64,000 nt of DNA from Longimicrobiales bacterium (GTDB taxonomy: Bacteria; Gemmatimonadota; Gemmatimonadetes; Longimicrobiales; Gaopeijiaceae), in assembly GCA_965203485.1 (NCBI GenBank), contig OZ241892.1, forward strand, positions 576,001 through 640,000. Reading direction: 5' to 3'. The position numbers were made by a program, and so were the translations under genes. Of this stretch, positions 10,027 through 19,966 are shown piece after piece; the first letter of the stretch is position 1, and every line of letters begins with the position of its first letter. Under the pieces are notes generated by a model. It was not told the DNA's origin. It saw only the letters and a list, made by a program, of their open reading frames with translations, and did not search any database.

Positions 10027-11595
10027 CTAGTTGCGCACGAAGGACGTCCAGCCGGTCCACCACTTTGGACCGTCCGGATCCGCCGCGCCGATGAAGTCCG
10101 TCGCGATGAAGAAGCCGTCGGACGGCGGCGCGGCCGCGCCCGTGAGCAGGGGTGAACCCGCTTGCGGCGTGAAATCCGGCGCGTCGCGGTTGTACGGATC
10201 GGCCAGCATGGCGTCCGACTCGACCCGGTTGCCCCAGCCGTCCGTGTTGAAGAACGCTGCTTCGTCAATGCCGTCGTCGTCGGTTGCGAACGATGCCTTG
10301 TTGTCCGCGAGGATCGAATTGCGCAGTTCGAGACCGTTGCCGACAGTCTCTTGGTTGTCGATGTCCAAGCCCACTTGGCCGAAGCCGATCACGACGGCGT
10401 TGTGGATCGCACCAGCCGTGCCGCGCCGCAACCGCAGTCCGTCCTTCGACTCCCCGGCCGCGCCGCCGTTGCCGCCGGGGCCTTTGCCTACTAGCGTCAC
10501 GTTGTAGATGGTCGGCGCCGTCAACGGCGTGGCGTCGTAGTTGTCCTCGTTGCCGTCCGCTTCGAAGCCGTTGTCCGCGTCGGCGGGATCCTGCTGGGCA
10601 ATCCAGAATTGCCCGCGGCCCTGCCACCCGGTCGAGTAGTCGAAGCTGTCGTCGCTGGCGTTGGTGACTATCGCGTACTTGAGGTCGACGGTTCCGCCGA
10701 AGAATTCGATGCCGTCGTCCAGGCCGACGTTCGTCTGCACGTACTCGATCGTGGTGCCGGCGCCGACGCCGTTGAGCGTCAGGGCATTCAGCTCGTTGCC
10801 CGCCGACACTTCGTAGCCCGCGAACTCGATGCGCGTGTACCGGATCACGCCGCTGTTGTCGTTCCGGTCGTCGCCCCCGTAGGTGCCCGACGAGCCCTCG
10901 CCGATGCATTCGCCCGCAGGAAAGTTGCACAGGGACTTGCCGTTGACGACCACGCCGCCCCAGTCGCCGGGGCGCCGCTCGCCCGCCGGAGAAGCGCTGG
11001 TGAAGACGACGGGCGCCTCGGCGGTGCCCTCCGAATAGATCTTGCCGCCGGCTCGCACGATGAGCGCGGTGGGTTGCACGGCAACGTCGCCCATCAGCGT
11101 AGTGCCGGCGGGTATGCGCAACTCGCCCCCGTCGGCGACCGTTACGATGCCCTTGAGGATGTACGTCGTGTCGGCGTGCAACGTGCGCGTTGCCGAGACG
11201 GTGCCGCTCAGGTCGGCTTGGGCGACTTGTTCTTCGACCGTTACCGAGGCCGGGTTCGAAGGCGAGGACCGCAACGAGCCGTTCAAGGCGACGACGCGAT
11301 AGGCGTAGGTTCCGGGCGTCAAGTCGTCGTCGGTGTACGACGTGGCGGTCACGTTCGTAGCGATGGAAACGAAGTCGTCGCCCGGCGACTGCCGTTCCAC
11401 CACGTACGAGGGCGCCGAGCCATTCCAGTTCACGGTCACTGTCGTCCCGTTGGCCTGCGCGGACACGCCGGTGGGCGTGGCCGGAGGATCGGGGGGGAGC
11501 TCCGTTGGCGAGCTGCCGTCGCCGCAAGCGGTCGCGGCCGTCGCGATTCCTGTTGCGAAGAGAGCCCCGAGCAACATGTGTGTCCTGCGGATCAT
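10027..11595 (-). CDS. Lipoprotein with fibronectin type III domain and parallel beta-helix-like domain (TonB-receptor-associated family)
   Basis: ATAC lipobox; FN3 signature (P.GVSA....TVTVNW...Y.V.R...TY.YRVVA.N); GDWGGVVVNG, NDNSGVIRYTRIEFAG, ELNALTLNGVGAGT, DDGIEFFGGTVD; AGGAG upstream. Confidence 0.85.
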   Translation of the reverse strand: MIRRTHMLLGALFATGIATAATACGDGSSPTELPPDPPATPTGVSAQANGTTVTVNWNGSAPSYVVERQSPGDDFVSIATNVTATSYTDDDLTPGTYAYRVVALNGSLRSSPSNPASVTVEEQVAQADLSGTVSATRTLHADTTYILKGIVTVADGGELRIPAGTTLMGDVAVQPTALIVRAGGKIYSEGTAEAPVVFTSASPAGERRPGDWGGVVVNGKSLCNFPAGECIGEGSSGTYGGDDRNDNSGVIRYTRIEFAGYEVSAGNELNALTLNGVGAGTTIEYVQTNVGLDDGIEFFGGTVDLKYAIVTNASDDSFDYSTGWQGRGQFWIAQQDPADADNGFEADGNEDNYDATPLTAPTIYNVTLVGKGPGGNGGAAGESKDGLRLRRGTAGAIHNAVVIGFGQVGLDIDNQETVGNGLELRNSILADNKASFATDDDGIDEAAFFNTDGWGNRVESDAMLADPYNRDAPDFTPQAGSPLLTGAAAPPSDGFFIATDFIGAADPDGPKWWTGWTSFVRN

Positions 11596-11719
11596 CTCTG
11601 CTTTCTCCTGGGTGTGGGCTTCATGCACGGAGTTCGGGCCGGATGGCCTAGGCGCCCGCCCGCGGACTTGCGGGACAAGCGGAAGCGTTCAAGGTCCAGT
11701 CCGTTCTCCGCGGTCGGCG

Positions 11720-14512
11720 TTAGTTGCCGGTGTCCCAACCGAGGGAGAACGAGATCGTGCGGCCGGAGTCCCACCGGCGCAGCACGCTGGCGTATTGCGT
11801 GAACTCGACGACGTTGCCGACGAGCCTGCTGGCCGAGAGCTTCACGACCATGCCGCTCGCCAGCGTCCGCTCCAGCACGACGTCGAGCTGGGACCGCGGC
11901 TCCTCGAATATGTCCGGCGTGGCCTGTCCTCCCACCGTGTCGATGCGGCGGCCGAAGCGGTTGAAGAGCGCAGTGGCTCTGGAGCGTCCCGACGCGGAAG
12001 CGTAGCCGAGCTGCAGGTTGATCACGTATGGAGACTGTCCCTGCAATGCCCGTTCCTTGGCCACGACGCTCAAGTCGGTGCCGCCTTCGCCCGGGACGTA
12101 TATCCGAATCGTTTCCGGCGTGGTCACCTTGGACCGGACGAGCGTCACGTTGCCGTTCAGCGCGAGCGTCGCCAGCTTCGGCGACATGAAGCCCAGGTCG
12201 GTCCTCAACTCGAGTTCGAGTCCGTAGTTGTTGGCCGTTCCACCGTTTATCCATGTCTTCATCAGCTCGGAACTGGGCAGGACCGATACTTCTATGGGGC
12301 TGTCGAACGTCTTGTAGAACGCGCTGGCGGCGAGGAGTCCGCCGTTGTCGAGGAACGCTTCCCAGCGCGCGTCGAAGTTGCGAATCGTCGACCGGACGAG
12401 TTCGGGGTTGCCCCCCGTCAGGTAGCCGCCGGCGTAGTCCGCGAAGGCGAACGGAGCCAGCTCGCGGAGCTGCGGCCTCGCGAGCGTCCGCGATCCGCTG
12501 AGGCGCAGGTTCATGTTGTCGCGCATCCCCAAAGTCAAGCCGAGCACGGGAAGCAAGTCGGTGTCGTCCAGGTGCGCGCCCTCCAGATTGGGGAGGCCGA
12601 CGCTGAAGAGATCGAACGGCGTCACGTCCTGGACAGCCGATTCGACGCGCAGGCCCGTCATGACCTTGATCCAGCTGGTCACGTCGGCTTCCGCCTTCAC
12701 GTAGCCGGCCGCGACGTCTTCGGTCGCGTCGTAGTTGTCGGGCCGGAAGGTGGCTTCCTGCAACTCGAAGCCCGTGGCCCCGATCGATGCAGGATCGAAC
12801 AGCTCGTTGGGTCCGCGTGTGCGGTCTATGCGCGCGCCCGGCACCATCAGGAAGCGGAAGCGACGGGTGTAGGCGTCGCGCCGCTTGGTGCTTATCCTGC
12901 CGCCGAACGCGACGGAGCCGCTTCCGTAAGCGCTTCCCAGGGCGAACGGGATCGTAAAGTCGGCGGAGCCGCTGTAGGTGTCGTCGACGAGGTTCTGGTG
13001 GAAGACGGAGCCCGACGACACGAAGTTCTCGAAGAGGAACTCGCCGTCCTCTTCGCGATAGAGGACCTCGCGCGTGTTCGGCTCTTCGCGGCGGGCGCGG
13101 GACCACGCCGCCGACCAGTCCATCTTGGCGTCCGCGAGGAAGCCGAACAGGTGCTCGCCCCCGAGCTGGGCGTTGACCAGCGTCTGAGCCAGAAAGCGGA
13201 GCCGGTAGTTCCGCTGCCCGGAGTTCGAGTCCAGGTTGAAGCCCTGGTAGCGCCGCGCCTCGTCGTCCATGAGGCGGTTGTAGAGGAAGTTGGCCGTCAA
13301 CCGGCTGGTCGGCGTCAGCTCGTAGGAGACGTTGGCCAGGCTCCCGAGCGACACCGACCGCGTCGTGGCTTCGCCGCCGTAGTTGATTTCGGGATCCGAT
13401 GCGCCGGCCGAAGCGAACACGCGTTCGACGACGTCGTCCTTCTGGCTGAACGAGTTGCCGTAGGTCACCGAGGCCAGCAGGCCCAAGGAACGGCCGAACA
13501 GATCGAGGTCGTCGCCGTAGGACACGCCGAGCGACCCGTTCGGGGGCAGATTGCCGAAGAACGGACCCCAGTCGCCGCCGAACGCCTCGCCGAACTGCTC
13601 CAGTTCGCCGCGCGAGAAGTTGGGGAAGACGACGCGCTGGTCCGTGGGCACCAGCGCCGGAAGCGCCCTCGTGCCGTCGTCGAACCCCAGGAAGTCCCAC
13701 GCGCCGCCGTTGTAGCGGAGTCCGTCTTGGAACGAAGAGACCGTGTTGTAGCTGACCGAGCCTTTCACCTTGAAGATCCGCTCGGCCGGGAAGTTCTTGG
13801 TGCGTAGCTCGATCAGGCCGCCGGCGTAGTCGCCGGGCTGGTCCGGGGCGTAGCTCTTCGCCGTGACGATCGACTCGAGCAGTCCGGATGGCACGATGTC
13901 GAGCGGAACCGCCTTGCGGTCGGGCATCGGCGAAGCCAGCGGCGCCCCGTTGAGGGTCGTGGAGCTGTAGCGTTCGCCGAGCCCGCGCACATAGGCGAAC
14001 TTGCCGTCCACTACGGACAGTCCCGGCACGCGCGCGAGCGCCGCGGCGGCGTCGCCGTCCGGCGACTTGGAGATTTGGTCGGCGCCGATGGCGTCCACGA
14101 CGAAGGACTCGGTTGCGCGTTCGGCGAGCAGCGCCACGGTGGACCCGGTCTCGATCGCGGCGGCCACTGTGATGCCCTCGAGCTCCAGGGCGGACGACTG
14201 GAGCGAAACGTCCACCGTGACGACCTGATCGGGGTGCACAGCCACGCCCATGACCGTCTTGGGCGCGTACCCGAGCATCTGCACCACCAGGGAATGATCG
14301 CCCGGCGGCACGTCGCGGAGCACGAAGCGGCCGTCGATCCCCGAGACGTAGCCGGCCGACTGGTCGCCGAGCGCGACCTGGGCGGATGCGATGGGTTGCG
14401 CGGTCTGGCCGTCCACGACGCGCCCGACGATCTTGCCCTTCTGCGCCGCGAGGTGCGGCGCGTGGGCGGCGACGGCAACCAGCCCGAGGACTAGGGATGT
14501 TCGGTGCTTCAT
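11720..14512 (-). CDS. TonB-dependent receptor with N-terminal carboxypeptidase-regulatory-like domain
   Basis: Signal peptide, GKIVGRVVD, plug motifs ARVPGLSV, YVRGLGERYS, amphipathic beta strands, RTLARPQLRELAPF, QGQSPYVIN; AAGGAG upstream. Confidence 0.95.
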   Translation of the reverse strand: MKHRTSLVLGLVAVAAHAPHLAAQKGKIVGRVVDGQTAQPIASAQVALGDQSAGYVSGIDGRFVLRDVPPGDHSLVVQMLGYAPKTVMGVAVHPDQVVTVDVSLQSSALELEGITVAAAIETGSTVALLAERATESFVVDAIGADQISKSPDGDAAAALARVPGLSVVDGKFAYVRGLGERYSSTTLNGAPLASPMPDRKAVPLDIVPSGLLESIVTAKSYAPDQPGDYAGGLIELRTKNFPAERIFKVKGSVSYNTVSSFQDGLRYNGGAWDFLGFDDGTRALPALVPTDQRVVFPNFSRGELEQFGEAFGGDWGPFFGNLPPNGSLGVSYGDDLDLFGRSLGLLASVTYGNSFSQKDDVVERVFASAGASDPEINYGGEATTRSVSLGSLANVSYELTPTSRLTANFLYNRLMDDEARRYQGFNLDSNSGQRNYRLRFLAQTLVNAQLGGEHLFGFLADAKMDWSAAWSRARREEPNTREVLYREEDGEFLFENFVSSGSVFHQNLVDDTYSGSADFTIPFALGSAYGSGSVAFGGRISTKRRDAYTRRFRFLMVPGARIDRTRGPNELFDPASIGATGFELQEATFRPDNYDATEDVAAGYVKAEADVTSWIKVMTGLRVESAVQDVTPFDLFSVGLPNLEGAHLDDTDLLPVLGLTLGMRDNMNLRLSGSRTLARPQLRELAPFAFADYAGGYLTGGNPELVRSTIRNFDARWEAFLDNGGLLAASAFYKTFDSPIEVSVLPSSELMKTWINGGTANNYGLELELRTDLGFMSPKLATLALNGNVTLVRSKVTTPETIRIYVPGEGGTDLSVVAKERALQGQSPYVINLQLGYASASGRSRATALFNRFGRRIDTVGGQATPDIFEEPRSQLDVVLERTLASGMVVKLSASRLVGNVVEFTQYASVLRRWDSGRTISFSLGWDTGN

Positions 14513-14817
14513 GATGTTCGTCTTCTCCTTCGGGATGGCGTGCGCCGCCCGCTCCGGTGGCGGGACGGCGGTTCGGCTTCGAAGGAAAGTGGCGTGGCCA
14601 AGTAACGGCATGACTTTCGAGCGTGTAACGAGATCGTCAAGACGCTGGGAAGGGGCGCCGACCCGCGTCCGCCGGCGCCTGCGCCAGATCGTGCCGCGCC
14701 TGCCTTCGCCCGTCGTGCATGATCGTCCACGAAGGGAAAACTGGAGACCGAATGCGACGGCGGGATGTCGGCCCTGCGACCGATCGGCGACGGTCTTGAT
14801 GCGAAACGGCCACCGCT

Positions 14818-15429
14818 ATGGCGGCCATGGCGCTTGACGCGCTGGTTCGCAGGACGGAGGGCGTGCAACCGTGGCGCAGGGTGTTTCACGCCGCCGGGGG
14901 GGCGGCCATGGCGGGCTTCGCCTGGTTCGTCGGCGCGGATTCGTCGGCCGCCCGCTGGACCTTCGCCGCCTTGGCAGCGGCTGCTGCCGCGCTCGACGTC
15001 GTCCGCCTGCGCTGGCCGCCGGCGAACGCCGCGTTCTTCCGGTTCTTCTCGGCGCTGGCGTCGCCGCGCGAAGCCGGCAGGATCGCGTCGTCCACGTGGT
15101 ACGTGACGAGCGCGCTGCTCCTCTCGCTTTGGGCGCCCACGCCCGTTTTCGCGGCCGCCATGCTGGTCCTCGCGTTCGCCGACCCGGCGGCCAGCATCGT
15201 GGGCCGGCTGGGCGGAAGGCGCCGACTGGGGTCCGGCACCTGGGAGGGCACGGCGGCCTTCCTCGCGGTGGCCTTCGGGGTGCTGGCGCCGCTGGCTGGT
15301 CCCGTCGCGGCCTTGGCCGTGGCGTCCCTGGCGGCGGCCGCCGAAGCGTTCCCGGCCCGCATCGACGACAACTTGACGGTGCCGCTCGTAACTGCCTTGG
15401 CGCTCTCCGTGGCCGGCCTCGCAGGATGA
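14818..15429 (+). CDS. Polyprenol/diacylglycerol kinase (dolichol-kinase/CTP-transferase-like) membrane protein
   Basis: RRVFH, DPAASIVGR..G, TWEGTAAF, IDDNLTVP motifs with several TM segments. Confidence 0.85.
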   Translation: MAAMALDALVRRTEGVQPWRRVFHAAGGAAMAGFAWFVGADSSAARWTFAALAAAAAALDVVRLRWPPANAAFFRFFSALASPREAGRIASSTWYVTSALLLSLWAPTPVFAAAMLVLAFADPAASIVGRLGGRRRLGSGTWEGTAAFLAVAFGVLAPLAGPVAALAVASLAAAAEAFPARIDDNLTVPLVTALALSVAGLAG

Positions 15430-15469
15430 CCCCGGACGCTAGGCTAGGGGGTCAGGCCATCAGCGGACT

Positions 15470-15510
15470 GGCGACCGGCGCCAAGTGTTCGGTCGGGACC
15501 GCCGGTCGCC
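15470..15510. terminator. 11-bp perfect inverted repeat between convergent genes; possible terminator
   Basis: GGCGACCGGCG (15470-15480) and CGCCGGTCGCC (15500-15510), 19-nt loop; no clear U-tract. Confidence 0.35.
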
Positions 15511-15582
15511 GCAACGGGCTCCGCCAGCCAGTTGCCGCGTGCCGGAATCCACTTGCGCGCGGCGGAGCTGACGACCTCGCGC

Positions 15583-16068
15583 CTACGAGCGCGTCAGGCC
15601 ATGGATGTGCGAGACCTGTTCGTCCTTGAAGAGCTCCTCCACCACGATCTCGCACTCCGGATCCCAGACGGCTTCTCTCCTGCACTCGTTGTACGCTTCG
15701 AATTCTTCGTCCGACGCATCCCAGCTGACGCTGCATCGAGGATCGAGCTCCCTTGCCGCCCTTGCCGCCGTCGCGCGTCGCGAACCCTGCCAATGCTCCG
15801 CGAGAGAGGGCTCCCGCAATATCCGTTCCAAGCCCGGCGAGTGCCGGATGCGACCGGACGCCAACACCGCACCATTTTTGCCGACCGCGACCCATGTCCC
15901 GGGTGCCGACAGGCTACCTGGCGGCAAGTCAAGCCCAAGCCGCGCCTCGGCATCTTGGTCCAGAGCCGCCTTGTTCGGCTCTACGACAGACTCGGTAGCA
16001 CAGGTCGTCGCCGCAACCGTCCCTCCCAAGGCGGCGACCGCCATGATCAGGGTTCCGGTTCTCTTCAT
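15583..16068 (-). CDS. Hypothetical exported protein or lipoprotein
   Basis: GGAGG upstream; MKRTGTLIMAVAALGGTVAATTC signal-like N-terminus; acidic Cys-containing C-terminus. Confidence 0.6.
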   Translation of the reverse strand: MKRTGTLIMAVAALGGTVAATTCATESVVEPNKAALDQDAEARLGLDLPPGSLSAPGTWVAVGKNGAVLASGRIRHSPGLERILREPSLAEHWQGSRRATAARAARELDPRCSVSWDASDEEFEAYNECRREAVWDPECEIVVEELFKDEQVSHIHGLTRS

Positions 16069-16688
16069 TGCCCCCCCTCCGCTGATACGCGAGCAACACG
16101 CCTCCTTAATGAGTGAATGAAGGCGGCCTTGACAGGCTCGCATTACAATCGCCACACATGATAAGGAATACGCACGGAGCCCGCATTCCGGAGTGTCATT
16201 TTTCGTCACGCCGCGCTGATGCCGTGGCGCGAGCGAAAACCGGCTTGTGGTTCGCCAGCGATGAACGCCGCCTCCGCCGCGCGGCGACCCAGCGTCCCCG
16301 GCGGTCTCCCGAGTTCGCCTCGTCCGGGGCGATGCGAGGACCAGCCCGCCGCGATGGAGCACGGCCGCCACGCGTCAAGGCCGCCCTACGTGCCCCGGGG
16401 GCTTCCGCCGGAGCGCCTGGGACAACCGTTGCATCGCAAGGGGAGCGCAATTCTGGTTTGGCCAAGCCCCGGACATTCTGCCTTGGCTCGACACCTTCGC
16501 GCCCGGCCTCCACTTCCGGTTTCGGCGGCGGGGCCTTACCATAGTCCAACGGGATATCCGCTCGTGGGCGCGGCGGGGGGGTCGCAGGGCATGAGCGGGG
16601 CGCTGTCGATTTGGCCGCCGCGAACCTCGGCCGGCTTGGCTGGCAAGGCGAGCGCCGGTTCACCGGACGGCTCTGGAGAGGCGAGGGA

Positions 16689-17015
16689 ATGGCGGCACGA
16701 CCGAAGTCGGCGAACACGCACGAGGTGGCGGATGCCCGCGTCCACCGCGGCCAGCCCTTGCGCGTGCTGTCGAACGTGCCGCTCGACGAAGAGGTCGTTC
16801 TGGTCCGGATCGACTTGGCCGGCGACGAAGCGGAGCCCCTGCTGGAAAGGGGCATCGTTCCTGGGTGCCGGCTTTGTCCGGTCCACTACGCCCCCGGCGA
16901 CGGGCCCATCGTGTGCCGCGTGGACGGCTCGCTCGTCGCGTTGCGCAGGGAGATGGCCACGTGCTTGTGCGTGCGCAGCGCGCAAGAAGCCATGGGACTC
17001 CTGGAAGCCAACTAG
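16689..17015 (+). CDS. feoA: Ferrous iron transport protein A
   Basis: LLERGIVPG...APGDGPIV..VDGS.VALRR SH3-like FeoA motif directly upstream of feoB. Confidence 0.85.
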   Translation: MAARPKSANTHEVADARVHRGQPLRVLSNVPLDEEVVLVRIDLAGDEAEPLLERGIVPGCRLCPVHYAPGDGPIVCRVDGSLVALRREMATCLCVRSAQEAMGLLEAN

Positions 17016-17039
17016 GCGTCCGGAAACGGGACTCCCGTC

Positions 17040-18920
17040 ATGGCCGGCGTCCCCATGCGAGTGGCCTTGGTGGGTCCTCCCAACTCGGGCAAGTCCACCG
17101 TCTTCAACCAACTGACGGGGTTGCGGCAACGGGTCGCGAACTATCCCGGAGTGACCGTCGAGCGGCGCTCGGGAGAGGTCGCGCTGAGTGGCGGAACGCT
17201 CGAAGTCATCGATCTTCCCGGCATCCACGGTCTGTCGCCCCGCAGCCTGGATCAGACGGTGACGCGCGACGTGTTGCTGGGGATGATGGAGGACGACAGG
17301 GCGCCGGACGCGGTGGTCCTCGTGCTGGACGCCACCCGGCTCGAGACGCAGCTGATGATCGCGGAGCCGGTGCTCGCGCTGGGTCTGCGAACGTTCGTCG
17401 TGCTGGCCATGGCCGACGAGCTGGACGAGCGCGGCGGGAAGCTGGACGTCGCCGGGCTGGCGGAGCGGCTGGGCGTCGAGGCGGCGCTGGTCAACGCTCG
17501 AAGCCCGCGAGAGCTTGCCCCGTTGCGCGAGTTTCTCGGTGCCTTGCTCGCGGCGCGCCCAGAAGCTCAGGAATGCCCCGTGGTCGCCGCCGCGGAGCCG
17601 TCCGACCAGCGAGGCCGCCCTCTGCCCTTGGTCGACCAGTTCCAGGCGAGGCGCCAAAGGGCCCAGGCGATCGGCCGGGCGGCGCGCTTTCGTCCTCCGG
17701 GGCCGTCCAGGACCACGCAGCGCATCGACGCCGTCGTGTTGCATCGCCTATGGGGGCCGGTCGTCTTTCTGGCCGTGGTCGTCTTGGTGTTCCAGGCGAT
17801 CTTCAACGGTGCGGTCCCCTTGATCGACGCCACGGAGGCGGTTGTGGCTGTGACCGGCGACTGGATCGGATCTGTGTTGCCGGACGGATGGTTCCGTTCG
17901 CTGTTGATCGAAGGCGTGTGGGCCGGTGTTGGGGCCGTGGTCGTGTTTCTGCCGCAGATCCTCGTGTTGTTCCTGTTCATCGCGGTGATGGAGGACTCGG
18001 GATACATGGCACGGGCCGCCGTCGTGGCCGACCGCCTCATGCAGCGCGGGGGTCTGCAGGGCCAGTCCTTTCTGCCGTTGCTCTCGGGCTACGCCTGCGC
18101 GATTCCGGCGATCATGGCGGCGCGAACAGTGGAGGACGAGAGGGATCGGATTGCCACGATCTTCATAACGCCGTTCATGACTTGCTCGGCCCGCCTGCCC
18201 GTGTACGCGTTGCTGATCGCGGCGTTCATTCCCGCAGGACCATTGCTCGGCCCCTTCTTGGGGCGCCGCACCGCCGCGTTGCTCGGTCTCTACGCGCTGG
18301 GTCTCGGCGGAGCCCTTCTCACGGCCGCGCTCCTCAAGCGCAGCCTGCTCCGCAACCGGGCGGCTCCGTTCGTGATGGAACTCCCTTCGTACCGGCGGCC
18401 CACCCTGCGCGCGGTGGGGGCCCGCCTGGGCGGCCGCGCAAGGGTGTTCCTGGTGCGCGTCGGCAAGATCGTCATGACCGTCAGCATCGTTCTGTGGGTC
18501 CTGGCGCGATTTCCGGCCGGCCCAGGGGGCGAGGCTCCGCCGATCGAGGACAGCGCGTTGAGCGCGATCGGTCACTTCATCGAGCCCGCGGTGGAGCCCT
18601 TGGGATTCGACTGGCGCATCGGAATCGGTCTGGTCACGTCGCTGGCGGCGCGCGAGGTGATCGTCGGCACGCTGGGCACGATCTACGGAGTGGAAGAGGC
18701 GGACGAAGGCTCGCTGGAGCTCCAGGCCGCGTTGCAGGGCAGTCTGGATGTCGGCGGAGCCGTCGCGTTGCTGGTCTTCTTCGCGTTCGCGTTGCAGTGC
18801 ATGTCCACGGTGGCGGTGATGCGGCGCGAGACTGGCGGCTGGCGTTGGCCCGCGCTCCAGTTCGGATACATGCTGGGGCTCGCCTGCCTCGGGGCGTGGA
18901 CGGCCAACACGCTTCTGTGA
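17040..18920 (+). CDS. feoB: Ferrous iron transport protein B
   Basis: G1 GPPNSGKS, VANYPGVTVE, DLPG, EDSGYMAR, PFMTCSARLPVY, FVMELPSY, AREVIV, QCMST. Confidence 0.97.
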   Translation: MAGVPMRVALVGPPNSGKSTVFNQLTGLRQRVANYPGVTVERRSGEVALSGGTLEVIDLPGIHGLSPRSLDQTVTRDVLLGMMEDDRAPDAVVLVLDATRLETQLMIAEPVLALGLRTFVVLAMADELDERGGKLDVAGLAERLGVEAALVNARSPRELAPLREFLGALLAARPEAQECPVVAAAEPSDQRGRPLPLVDQFQARRQRAQAIGRAARFRPPGPSRTTQRIDAVVLHRLWGPVVFLAVVVLVFQAIFNGAVPLIDATEAVVAVTGDWIGSVLPDGWFRSLLIEGVWAGVGAVVVFLPQILVLFLFIAVMEDSGYMARAAVVADRLMQRGGLQGQSFLPLLSGYACAIPAIMAARTVEDERDRIATIFITPFMTCSARLPVYALLIAAFIPAGPLLGPFLGRRTAALLGLYALGLGGALLTAALLKRSLLRNRAAPFVMELPSYRRPTLRAVGARLGGRARVFLVRVGKIVMTVSIVLWVLARFPAGPGGEAPPIEDSALSAIGHFIEPAVEPLGFDWRIGIGLVTSLAAREVIVGTLGTIYGVEEADEGSLELQAALQGSLDVGGAVALLVFFAFALQCMSTVAVMRRETGGWRWPALQFGYMLGLACLGAWTANTLL

Positions 18921-19945
18921 CGGTCGTTGGATCTGTGAGAGCGCGTCCGATCGCGATACCCCGGCCCCGCCGACCCCCGCCGCTCGCCGCGGCGCCGCGG
19001 GCGCGCCTGGAGAGCAGATCTCGGCGGCCAGCCCGCCGGCGCGTCGCGACGACCGCGACGAGGCGCTGGTTCGAGAGGGTGGCGTCTGCCTGTTTCCTTG
19101 CGGTCGCGTGCACGGGGAGCGACGAAAGGGCGGTTGGGACTCCTGGGTCCGCCGGGGTCCACGACGATCGCAAGAGGGCGCTCGACGCCTCCGTTCCCCG
19201 GCGCCGCGTGGTTTCGCTTGTCCCGTCGGCCACCGAGACGGTCGTGGCCCTCGGCGCGCCCGACCGCCTGATTGCCCGCACCGACTACGACGTGCAGCCC
19301 GCTCTCGCCCACCTGCCTTCGCTCGGTGGCGGGCTCGCCCCCAGTCTCGAGTTCCTGGTGCGTCTCGATCCCGACCTGGTCGTGCTGTGGCCGTCGGGCG
19401 ACGGCGCGCTGGAAGCGCGGCTCGACGGCCTCGGCTTGGACACCTATGGGGCCGCCGTTCAAACGACGGCCGACTTTCGCCGCCTGACGCGCCACCTGGG
19501 ACGCCTCCTCCACTTGGCGCCGGAAGCCGACTCGCTGGTCGCTTCGGTCGACGCCGAACTGGCGCGTGCGCGTGCGTCGTGGGGGGCCGAGGAGCCCGCG
19601 ACGGCGATCTACGTGGCGTCGCCCGCTCCGGCCATCGTCGCGGGCGGCGGCACGTTCGTGGACTCGGTCATGGCCGCCGCAGGCGCCGCGAACGCGTTCG
19701 GCGACGTGCAAGGCGAATGGTGGCCGCAAGTCAGCGTCGAGGAGATCGTGTGGCGCAATCCCCGCTACGTGATCGTTCCCGCGGCGGGGATGTTGGAAGG
19801 CGCGGCGGGATGGGCTGAAGCGCCGGCGGTGGCGGCGGGGCGCGTGCTTGCGGTCGACGGCGACCTCTTCGGCCGTCCCGGCCCCCGGATGGGCGATGCG
19901 GCGATGCGGCTGGCGCTCCTGCTGGACTCGGCCGGCCGGCGCTGA
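18917..19945 (+). CDS. Helical-backbone metal/cobalamin/siderophore ABC substrate-binding lipoprotein (BtuF-like)
   Basis: AVAC lipobox, RVVSLVPSATETVVALGA, PSLE.LV.LDPDLV, AGGGTFVD, PQVSVEEIVWRNP, RPGPR; start uncertain. Confidence 0.88.
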   Translation: MTVVGSVRARPIAIPRPRRPPPLAAAPRARLESRSRRPARRRVATTATRRWFERVASACFLAVACTGSDERAVGTPGSAGVHDDRKRALDASVPRRRVVSLVPSATETVVALGAPDRLIARTDYDVQPALAHLPSLGGGLAPSLEFLVRLDPDLVVLWPSGDGALEARLDGLGLDTYGAAVQTTADFRRLTRHLGRLLHLAPEADSLVASVDAELARARASWGAEEPATAIYVASPAPAIVAGGGTFVDSVMAAAGAANAFGDVQGEWWPQVSVEEIVWRNPRYVIVPAAGMLEGAAGWAEAPAVAAGRVLAVDGDLFGRPGPRMGDAAMRLALLLDSAGRR

Positions 19946-19966
19946 TGTCCGGTCCTCGGCATTGAG

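Noticed and set aside
16195..16209. GTCAT...GTCAC Pho-box-like repeat
   Set aside because: Spacing is 10 rather than 11 bp and there is no Pho-related gene next to it
16069..16688. Cobalamin riboswitch or Fur box upstream of feo/btu-like genes
   Set aside because: No B12-box or GGGAA/ACTG core and no convincing palindrome seen by eye; a covariance-model search is needed
16865..18916. Long N-terminal extension of the 1026-aa ORF, suggesting a giant fusion
   Set aside because: Arg-rich alternative frame over feoB; only the part from about 18917 encodes the binding protein. The same applies to the extended ORFs over bamD, nadD, folE2, mog and the cytochromes
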